64,000 nt of DNA from Macrostomum lignano (lineage: Eukaryota), in assembly GCA_002269645.1 (NCBI GenBank), contig NIVC01003928.1, forward strand, positions 5,340 to 69,339, given 5' to 3'. The notes beneath the pieces are model-generated. The model was not told the DNA's origin. It saw only the letters and a list, made by a program, of their open reading frames with translations, and did not search any database. The position numbers and the translations under genes were made by a program. Shown piece by piece: positions 1 to 10,600 of this stretch. Position 1 is the first letter of the stretch. Every line of letters starts with the position of its first letter.

Positions 1-2
1 GC

Positions 3-3000
3 CGGCCCATTGACATTCTTCAGCAGACGCTGGCGCTGCGCAAAGCCCGGCCAGGCCTGGTGGGCAACCTCAGCCAGTACCGGTTCGTGTACGAGACTGT
101 GGCCACGGCGCTGGCCTGCCGACCGACCACCGTGAAGGTGTTCGACTTCGCTAAGCTGACCGCTAGGATGGCCCAGCGCGACCCGTCGGGTGGCAGCCAG
201 GCGACCGGCTTCTCGGCGGAGTTCACCTGCCTGGCCGGCCTGGTGAAGCCGCTCAGCGTCGGCGAGTGCGCGGGCGGGCATCGGGCGGAGAATCGATGGA
301 AAAGTCGAGACGTCATGGTGCAGCCGCGTGAGTCCCTGGCTAGCAGCTGGACTACCAAGAGCGGGGTGCAGGAGCACTGACTGGGCTGACTCCACTGCCC
401 GTTGCAAACGTTAGCGTAGATGAGAATCGCTAAAAAATTCGTTTGTCTTTTTAACGACTCAAACTCGTTGTGCTGACGCTTAACTTTCGCTAGAGATGTG
501 ACTCAACTTCATCAAGCGACGAAAATGCGCTTCAAACACAACTCAGTGACTCTACAGCGACTCAAGCACGCCTCAAATACGACTCTACCGCCCAGAGTAG
601 CTATACTGTCAAGCCAGAGTCACTTGCGTCTACCGCCCAGAGTAGTTTTACTGTCAAGCCAGAGTCACTTGCGTCGACCGCCCCAGAGTAGCTATACTGT
701 CAAGCTAGAGTCACTTGCGTCGACCGCCCCAGAGTAGCTATACTTTCAAGCCAGAGTCACTTGCGTCGACCGCCCCAGAGTCGTTTCAGAGTCGCAGACA
801 ATAAAACGCTTCAAAGTGACTTTTGGGCGAATCTTTGATGACTTTTTTGGCGGCTTTAAACGTGAAATCTCGTCGTTTTAGAGTTTAGTCCCACGTCACT
901 TCTTTCTTATTTTACCTGTACCACCTGCAACGACTCTAAAACGACTCTGGGGCGACACAAGTGACTCTGAGACGCTTCTTGGCCCAGGTACCGTTTTCAT
1001 CGGGCTGATGCTAGAATCTCAGAAATTCAGTAGCTCACCCAATCAAGGTGTCAGGTGCAAGTCGCAATTAGCTATCTGATGATATTTCGTCTATTGAAAG
1101 TGCATGGATTACGGAATGGTAGACTCGCTGAGGGTGCTCAGAGTGTCTGCAGCATCAGCAGCACCCTGTGAGCAGTAGGACTCGACGCGGATGATGTGGC
1201 CTACCGCCTGGAGTCTCCGACGACGAGGCAGATCCTGGGGCAGGTTCTTGACTTGGCCCTGTTAAAAACCTTCTTACAACCTGGATCATCGCCTGAAACA
1301 ACGTTGCCCTCTGTCCGACAGAAGATGCAAGGCAGCCAAGACGAAATCCTTGATCCATCCCAGGTTAATTAATCACTGTCAAACCGTCCAGCTGACTTTA
1401 CACGTCGGGCTTCATTTATCAAATATGATTTTTAATCTTTTTGTTTGTCAGAGCTGTCAATGAAGTACAAGCTGCTCATTAAGTTTGCTAGATCGTTGGT
1501 TCCGTGTTCTTGAATTTAAAATTATCACCTGATTTCCGCGCCACCTTCAGCCGAGCGAGCCAGGCCCTACCTGCTGACGCAGGACAGCGCGTCCAGCACG
1601 GACTTCATCAATGCTGTCTATGTTGATGTGAGTAAATTGTAGGGCTCGGTGGCAGCTCCCTAAATTTCTAGACATACCCCGTTAAATTATACGAATAGCC
1701 CAGTGTTCATACTCTGAAATGCTCTATGAGCATTGTGCCCACTAAAAGTATATTATCTAAAATACCACTGGCAGGGGCATAGTCGGACCAATCAGTACAT
1801 TGTGACCAGTGGCCGCTGAAGAATACTGTCTGCGACTTCTGGAAGTTAATCCACGATCACCACGTGTCAGTGGTGGTGCTGCTGTCCGACTCCAGCCGTG
1901 GCGGCACCGGCTCGCAGCCGAGATTCTGGCCAGCTGAGACCGGCTCGGAGCAGGGATTCGGCTCAGTGTTTGCCATCAAGCAGGACGAGTTGAGAGTCAC
2001 CGAGAGTGTGCTCTGCAGGATGCACGCCGTTACAAAGGTCAGGAATTCTGATAGAATATTTCTAGCACTTAAAAAAAAACTTTTATTCCTTCTAGCATAT
2101 GGATGGCTACTTAGACTAACTTGTTAGTCCTAAATTCGACTAACATCAGAAACGCAATAGTCCTCATCCATCTCACGAGAGCGTCAATAAAGATTCGTCA
2201 GCTAACAGACCTGATCTTGGCTGCTGTGTACACGAGTATCGGGCGGGGTAGGAAAACTGCGGCTGGGGTGGGTGCCGAGTGTATAAGCATTAATCGATAA
2301 ACTTCACCCACCCCACTCCCCGCTGGGGTTAACGTAAGTCGCTTAGCAGACAGATCTAATTAAGGGGGGTTGCGGACGTGGGGATAGGAAAATTGGGGTG
2401 TTGGGGGTTGGGGTCCTTTGCCGGAAAATCGATAAGACCTACTCCCCACTCGATATGGTAGCGCAGTTAAAAATATTACTTTTATTAATATACACTACAT
2501 GTGAGAATTATGCTCGTAGATTGATCTTATAGCTCGTAAGCGATAAAAAAGCCACTATCTCTAACCAAAAACAATGTCTCTTTGAAGGACAAATTATTTT
2601 CCTACGAATTAGCTATCAAGGTCGGCTGGTCCAACAGTTCAGTTTCTATGAAATATCGGTGGCCTGTACAATCTCTCTCGATGCGGGGAGCGTGAGTGTG
2701 CCCTTAGTTCCACGAAATCAACTTCCCAATTCATCACCAGGTCCAGTGTTTGGGCCTGGAGAAGTGGAGGTTAGAGAGAGAGAGGGCGGTCGGGCTCAAA
2801 CCTGTCTTTAATCCCTCCAGCTTCCCCATCTAACAGGCGGGCGGCACGCCAGCCTGTCAAAGGAGGATCTCGGGGTGCAAGAGTGGACTTTATGGCGGCC
2901 TGGCAGGCTGGAGGGCAAAAGGGGAAAGGTGCTGAGCTGGAAAGTGAGAGCATAGAGAGGGAGAGAGAGCAGAGAATTGAGGGTAAGAAGGCGCTGCCAT

Positions 3001-5638
3001 GGTCTACAACCACCCTGCAGACCAAACTGAAGGGGATTTTTTCAAAAAAGCCCAACCCATGAAAAGCCTGATGAATTGTTTCCCAAGAGCAGCGGCCGCC
3101 CTGCATCCCGCGCGATATTGGGCCTCGACACGCAGATTGACTTGCACTGCACTGATAGGGACGAGCCAACCCGACTGCAAGGGAAGCCGGCTCGGAGATG
3201 TTGGGAATAAAGTAGCATTATTAAGTGGAAGAGGAGTTGAAATTTACCCCCTCTGCAGCTCAGAGCAGACGTCTCTCTTCAGCCAGCTTAGCAGCGTTCC
3301 AGCAATCGGGGTGGTTGGAAATATGTTCCATGAAAACGTCTTTGCTGAGAACTTCAATAATATAATTGCACTGGGCCACCCGGCCGTCAATCCGGCTCCC
3401 ATGACTTGGGCCTATCTGCCTATGCCAGTGTTTGCTTATCTCCTCACTTCAACCGGCCCACCCCAGCTTCATTCCTGAGTATTTGGGGCTCAGCGCGTCA
3501 CAGAGTGGCTTATATGGTTAACCTGCTCCCCTTGGCGACAATCGCTTCTCTTCCCCGACGGTTCTCGCAGCCCCGGACGGAATGCTGTCTGGGGCTTCTG
3601 TACTCTTCTTCTCTCAAGCCTCACACGGCTTCATTTCACACAGAGCTGCCTGCCTCCATCCTGCATTTCCTAGCACGGTTTGTTGCATATCTGGTACACA
3701 ATTATTGCCAGCAGCATCGCAATTCTGCTCATCCAAAATACCACTCAGTCGGAAATTCTGACAGCTACAATTTTGCACAGCAGTAATTTCTTTCTGTTAT
3801 AATTTTCACTCTGTCACTATGTCACTCACGTAAAGGTCAGATACTAGATAACTACATAATGTCACTTAAATCATAGTCACTCGATCACAATGTCACTCGA
3901 TCACAATGTCACTCGATCACAATGTCACTCGATCACAATATCACTCGATCACAATGTCCCTCGATCACAATTTCACTCAAACACAATGTCACTCGATCAC
4001 AATGTCACTCGATCACAATATCACTCGATCACAATGTCCCTCGATCACAATTTCACTCAAACACAATGTCACTCGATCACAATGTCACTCGATCACAATG
4101 TCCCTCGATCACAATGTCACTCGATCACAATGTCCCTCGATCACAATTTCACTCAAACACAATGTCACTCGATTACAATGTCACTCGATCACAATGTCAC
4201 TCGATCACAATGTCACTCGATCACAATGTCCCTCGATCACAATGTCACTCGATCACAATGTCCCTCGATCACAATTTCACTCAAACACAATGTCACTCGA
4301 TTACAATGTCACTCGATCACAATGTCACTCGATCACAATGTCACTCGATCACAATGTCCCTCGATCACAATGTCACTCGATCACAATGTCCCTCGATCAC
4401 AATTTCACTCAAACACAATGTCACTCGATTACAATGTCACTCGATCACAATGTCACTCGATCACAATGTCACTCGATCACAATGTCACTCGATCACAATG
4501 TCACTCGATCACAATGTCACTCGATCACAATGTCACTCGATCACAATGTCCCTCGATCCCAATGTCACTCGATCACAATTTCACTCAAACACAATGTCAC
4601 TCGGTCGGCATTGTTACTCTTAATCTGAACCTCGCAACTCCAACAGATCGGCAGCGGGGGCCCCTCTGGTTTCTCCCAGGACGTCCGTCACGTGGCCTTC
4701 CTCTGCTTGGCCTCGCCCTGGCCAACCTCCAGCCGAAGTCGCGGCAGTCACGGCCTCCTCGAGCTCGCCTGTCTGGCCGAGTCAACCAATCAGAATCTGG
4801 AGGAGACCCCGGGTTCGAGTCCTCTACTAGTCGTTAGCAGGTTAGTTTGATTTATCAACGCAACGATAATTTCATCACTAGGAAGATTTTGTCCCTAAGT
4901 AAATTTGTTCCCGCCATTGCGCAGCGACGGAGTGACCAAGTGCGGAGTCTTCTGCGTTCTGCACATGACCATGGACAAGATGCGCTACGAGGGCGAGGTG
5001 GACATCTTCCGGGCAGTCGAAAAGGTGAAGCGCAATCGGCCGCAGCTGGTTGGCAGCCAGGTGAGTTTTGGTTTCCGAGATTGGGCACCATCTGCCCAAT
5101 TTATTACTCTCTGATCGTAGTGCAGTATGAAAATTGTGGCCTTTCATGGGGTGTGCTAATGATGAAGCCTTCCGCGGGACAACCATGGCCAGCAGAGAAG
5201 TTGCTTCTGGCGCCTTCGATTTTCGCTAAAAACTCCTTTATTAGCGCGTCTGAAAGTGACTGACCTCCTCTGATAATAGCTCTTTCTGCTGCTTCCTGGG
5301 CGCTGGTTTTTGGGCTTCAAGCGTCCAAATTCATTCGCCACTGTTCACTCGCATTGCAGCAGGAGTATGAGCAGTGCTACTCCCTGGCGGAGCTGCTAGT
5401 CGAGTATTTCTTCTCTGGCCGGGTGTCCATCCAGGACAGTCAGAGCCTGCGGTTTCAGGACCTCGACCGAGTGCCTCCCGTCACCGGCCGGCCGGCCGCA
5501 ATCGCGGATTTTCGATTTCCAACGTCGCAACCCGACGCCGGCGGGATGGGGCGCCGTACCCTGGACGCTCTGCTGCTGCCCTGCGCCAGGCGGCGCCGGC
5601 GGGAGAGGCAGCTGCGATTGGCCGCCGCGATAGTGTGA
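3..5638 (+). CDS. Receptor-type protein tyrosine phosphatase, 3' part (end of D1 plus whole D2 domain); gene is 5'-partial
   Basis: Phase-consistent GT-AG exons: <3..327, 1551..1627, 1775..2037 (1-nt frameshift at ~1807), 4647..4840, 4925..5060, 5360..5638. Translation gives PTP hallmarks: IDILQQTLALRKARPGLVGNLSQYRFVY (D1 Q-loop region), STDFINAVYVD, YIVTQWPLKNTVCDFWKLI, PLLVVSSDGVTKCGVFC (degenerate P-loop), VDIFRAVEKVKRNRPQLVGSQQEYEQCY. Confidence 0.9.
584..970. repeat. 45-46 bp tandem repeat (~4.5 copies) plus an inverted-repeat arm; fold-back structure in PTP intron
   Basis: Unit ctaccgcccagagtagctatactgtcaagccagagtcacttgcgt at 584-790. Segment ~754-792 (gagtcacttgcgtcgaccgccccagagtcgtttcagagtcg) is an imperfect reverse complement of ~931-968 (cgactctaaaacgactctggggcgacacaagtgactc). 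Confidence 0.75.
3875..4602. repeat. 16-bp minisatellite (cacaatgtcactcgat)n in PTP intron
   Basis: About 45 directly visible copies with recurring variants (cacaatgtccctcgat, cacaatttcactcaaa). It produces the spurious MSLDHNVTRSQCHSIT ORFs. Confidence 0.95.
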
Positions 5639-7694
5639 TGTGACGTCATCACTATTATGTGAGAGCAGTAAAATGTTGGCATTTTGCTCAATGTACTGCT
5701 GCTTTGAATTATTCAGTAGTATACAGCGAAAAATTGCCCGATTGCCACTTTATACTGCTGGTATAACAATGATAACTCTTAGTTCCTACATTGAGTTTAA
5801 GCGAATTGCAAATAAGCATATGCCAGCCATCGTGAATAAAGATCCGAAGATAAACTGACTGCCTAGAAATTATTTTATTGTTTTTTATAAGCGCACAAAG
5901 TATCTATGATAAGCATGCACCTCTGTGAATGATTTTCTGAATGAATGAGATTTTGCATTCTTAGAGTTTTTTTCCTCTCAGTCTCCACTCTGTGTTCAAA
6001 GCCATCGTATCCAGGTCTCGTCTTATTTAGAGTTTCGAAAATATTTTCAGATTTCATGTAAACCATCCGTTACAAAAGTATTTTTGGAACAAATCCTCGA
6101 CCTTCAATTTTAATTTTCCTTTTGAAAAAAATTGTTAAATATATCAAATAAAATTTTGAAAACCTTACACGGTGTAAAAGTAAAATATCCGGAGATTTAA
6201 ATTTTATACCAGACGTTTTATTACCAGAAATCAACTGAATTAATTATCATCTATACAGCAATCTGTTTTTAGCATTAAAAAGGGTACTGAGAAACTGGTG
6301 GCAACGGAAGTGCAATTCTATTGTATTAAAAGACTCATAGTCGCACATGTATAAACATATCCTAGTACATGCATGTATGGCTGTAGTCCTTGTGTTCTTG
6401 AGCAAGGCACTACAAGTGAAATTTCTGATATTCAGCAGAAGTGACCAATTTATTTGTCCTTTGTAGAAAGAATCTTCACTCTGATAATTAAAGGGTATAC
6501 AGTGTTGTTTATGGGTCCGGTTAAAAGTTTGATAGAGCTGACCTAGACAATTACAAGTAACTTATAATAAACAGCGTGTACTTTAGCAGAGTATTATTAG
6601 TTGATGCTACATGTGGCGCCCGATTTTCTACATGCGGAGTGCATCTTACAACGATTAAGTGAGTTAGTGCAGTAAAATTCAGTCGGTGATCCGATGCCTA
6701 CTGGCGATCCGCCGCAGCATTTATGATATCCTTATTGCTCATGAAAGCGAAGCAGTGTGTCCCCAGAAGAAAAGCGGGAAAAATACGAAATAATAGGACC
6801 GTTCGTAAAAGCGTTTTAGCTTCCGAGAAACGTTCCCGTCAATTCAAAATATCCAAAATGCAAGAAACCGCGCGGCACGAGCGTACGTGCATATATTTAA
6901 TTTTTTGTCCCCAGTCGTAGCTACTGCTTGATTGGTGGCAATATTTAGTTACTTACTTTTTACTTGAAGGTAAACAAGCCACGAGTAGTCCTACTTTTGT
7001 GTAATTAAATCTACGGAAACAATTGTTCTTTGTTAATTGCCCATTCGATTCTTAATCTTGTGCTTAATTTTAAAATTCTTAATTTTAATGTCATCACAAA
7101 TTCTTGGAATACTTTATTTATTTGATTTAAAGACAAATCTTTAAAAGCATATTTTATTAAGTCATATAAAGACCTTAATAGTTGAAATTAAGAGTTTACA
7201 TAAATTCTGATATTTTCAGTGGGTCAGATTATTGTTTTCTTGGCTTTGATTAATTTCATTCTATTAAATAAGGCCATTTTACCAATATTAATAACTATAC
7301 AAGGTGTAAGCTGAACTCCAAGGACTATACTAAGCTCTGCAAAGTGAAATAAAAAACAAATTTATAATTAGCACAAAGTATTTTACCTATATTTTTGGCT
7401 TTAATGTTCACAAAAAAGTTTAAAAATATATCTATGCTTCACTTTGAAAATCTTTTTTATGCTTGTAGCTATTTATTCTAACAAATTCTTAGGAGTTTAA
7501 ATTTTGGCATTATCTTTCGCCTCAGAAATTTTAATTTAGCAATAGCATTTAAACATTTTAATTTTTTATTTACTTCCATATTTCAGTTTTTAAACTCTTG
7601 TAGTTTTGAATTGTTGATTCTTATTTTTAGCTGAATTTTTGGCTGATAGTCCTATCAAATGAGAATAAAATTTGCAGCAAATTAGACACAGAAA

Positions 7695-10600
7695 ATGCTT
7701 GTCACTGAAAGCACAGCTGAAGTGCTCCATGCAGACCTGTCCAGGTGGTCGGCCATCGACCCACCAGAGATTCCACTGTCTCCGATTGACTCCGTGATGC
7801 CGCCCTGTTACATCACCGCCATCTACGTGTTCAAGAATGCCAATGGGTTGGCAGACTTCATGCCGTTCGACTTGCTGTCCGAGGGCTTGAAGCTGGCCAT
7901 GGCCGACTTCCCGGATCTCAACTACCGGCTGAAGCGAAACTGCACCGGTGACTGCGTACTGGTGACCGAGAACTGCGGGGTCCGGCTGGTCACCGCCAAC
8001 GCCGACTTCTCGGCTGCCGACCTCGAGGCCATCAATTTCGACCCAGTCAGACTGCCGGCCAGCCTGCTGGATGGCAGCCCCGCTGACTGCGGACAGTTCG
8101 TGTGCAAGGTGCTGCTATGGGGGAGATGGGATTGGGGGTGGGGAAGATGGGATTGGGGGTGGGGAAGATGGGATTGAGGGTGGGGAAGATGGGATTGGGG
8201 TGGGGAAGATGGGATTGAGGGTGGGGAAGATGGGATTGAGGGTGGGAAGATGGGATTGAGGGTGGGGAAGATGGGATTGAGGGTGGGAAGATGGGATTGA
8301 GGGTGGGGAAGATGGGATTGAGGGTGGGATGATGGGATTGAGGGTAAGGGAAGATGGGATTGAGGGTGGGGAAGATGGGATTGAGGGTTGGAAGATGGGA
8401 TTGAGGGTGGGGAAGATGGGATTGAGGGTGGGGAATGGAATTGAGGGTGGGGAAGATGGGGTTTTGGGTGGGGGAGATGGAATTGAGGGTGGGGGAGATG
8501 GAATTGAGGGTGGGGGAGATGGAATTGAGGGTGGGGTGAGATGGGCTCGGTTAGGGTCATGGTAGCGGAGATGGGATAATTGAGTTGGGATCGTAATGTA
8601 AAATCGCACGCACCCGCAGTTCAAGCTGACCCGCCTGTCCGACAACTCTGTGGCGCTGGGCGTCCTGCTGCACCATAACGTGATGGACGGAGACGGCGCC
8701 TTCGGCTTTATCAACAGGTGCGCTTGGAGAAGTTACTCCGTGCGAAGCTAACAAGCACACGAACCACTGAAGGAGCAGATGGTACGCTTGCAAGGTATCA
8801 AAATCCAACTTGTAAATTGTGAAATCTATCAAAAACGCCAGGTGGGCCGGCATCTGCCGGGAGCTGCGACAGCGGGGAGGTCGGCCCGCCGAACCGGAGC
8901 TGCAGCGGCCGCCGGTGTCCCGCGACCGGTCGGTGCTGAAGCCCGACGGCGTCCCGTCAAGTGTCGACCACCAAGGTCGCGAGTACGCCTACGTGGAGCC
9001 GCAGCCGGCGCCCGAGCCCGAGGTCAAGCCGACGCTGCCAGTAACCCAGGCGCCGCAATTCACGGCCCGTCTGTTCCACCTGAGCGCGGATTTTCTGGCC
9101 CGACTGAAGAACAGTGTTAATAGCGAGCCGGGCGAGCAGGTCAGGGAGAGGGGCTCGGTGCGAGATCCCAGCAGATAGCGGGACTTTAATTGTTTGGGTG
9201 GCAGAAGCTCGTCGCTGGAGGGATTTAGTAGGCAAGTTGGTTGTTGTGGACGCCAAGTTTGTTGTCAGGGACGCCAAGTTGGTTGTCAGGGACGCCAAAG
9301 TTTGTTGTCAAAGACGCCAAGTTTGTTGTCAGGGACGCCAAGTTTGTTGTCAGGGACGCCAAGTTGGTTGTCAGGGACGCCAAGTTGGTTGTCAGGGACG
9401 CCAAGTTGGTTGTCAGGGACGCCAAGTTGGTTGTCAGGGACGCCAAGTTGGTTGTCAGGGACGCCAAGTTGGTTGTCAGGGACGCCAAATTAGTGGTCAG
9501 GGACGCCAAGTTGGTTGTCAGGAACGCCAAGTTGGTTGTCAGGGACGCCAAGTTGGTTGTCAGGGACGCCAAAGTTTGTTGTCAGGGACGCCAAATTGGT
9601 TGTCAGGGACGCCAAAGTTTGTTGTCAAAGACGCCAAGTTTGTTGTCAGGGACGCCAAGTTTGTTGTCGGGGACGCCAAGTTGGTTGTCAGGGACGCCAA
9701 GTTGGTTGTCAGGGACGCCAAGTTGGTTTTCAGGGACGCCAAAGTTTGTTGTCAGGGACGCCAAGTTGGTTGTCAGGGACGCCAAAGTTTGTTGTCAAAG
9801 ACGCCAAGTTTGTTGTCAGGGACGCCAAGTTGGTTGTCAGGGACGCCAAGTTGGTTGTCAGGGACGCCAAGTTGGTTGTCAGGGACGCCAAATTAGTGGT
9901 CAGGGACGCCAAGTTGGTTGTCAGGAACGCCAAGTTGGTTGTCAGGGACGCCAAGTTGGTTGTCAGGGACGCCAAAGTTTGTTGTCAGGGACGCCAAGTT
10001 GGTTGTCAGGGACGCCAAAGTTTGTTGTCAAAGACGCCAAGTTTGTTGTCAGGGACGCCAAGTTGGTTGTCAGGGACGCCAAGTTGGTTGTCAGGGACGC
10101 CAAGTTGGTTTTCAGGGACGCCAAAGTTTGTTGTCAGGGACGCCAAGTTGGTTGTCAGGGACGCCAAAGTTTGTTGTCAAAGACGCCAAGTTTGTTGTCA
10201 GGGACGCCAAGTTTGTTGTCGGGGACGCCAAGTTGGTTGTCAGGGACGCCAAGTTGGTTGTCAGGGACGCCAAAGTTTGTTGTCAGGGACGCCAAATTGG
10301 TTGTCAGGGACGCCAAAGTTTGTTGTCAAAGACGCCAAGTTTGTTGTCAGGGACGCCAAGTTTGTTGTCGGGGACGCCAAGTTGGTTGTCAGGGACGCCA
10401 AGTTGGTTGTCAGGGACGCCAAGTTGGTTGTCAGGGACGCCAATTTGGTTGTCAGGGACGCCAAGTTGGTTGTCAGGAACGCCAAGTTTGTTGTCAGGGA
10501 CGCCAAATTGGTTGTCAGGGACGCCAAATTTGTTGTCAGGGACACCGAGCTATGGTTATCAGGGTTGCTAAGTTGGTTGTCAGGGTCGTCCCTCAAGTTT

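Noticed and set aside
2240-3790. Unexplained intronic segment with 126-159-aa ORFs; possible retroelement remnant
   Set aside because: No RT, integrase, gag zinc-knuckle, LTR or TSD could be recognised in any frame.
4811-4823. Perfect Pol III B-box GGTTCGAGTCC suggesting a tRNA
   Set aside because: It lies in PTP coding exon 4647..4840 (E-T-P-G-S-S-P); there is no A-box or cloverleaf.
3890-4837. Long ORFs over minisatellites (e.g. MSLDHNVTRSQ..., TPSWLSG..., MGSQLSKDG..., SPSHPVSL..., QMPMLKG...)
   Set aside because: They are translations of tandem repeats lacking stops in several frames at once, and most lie inside introns of well-supported genes.
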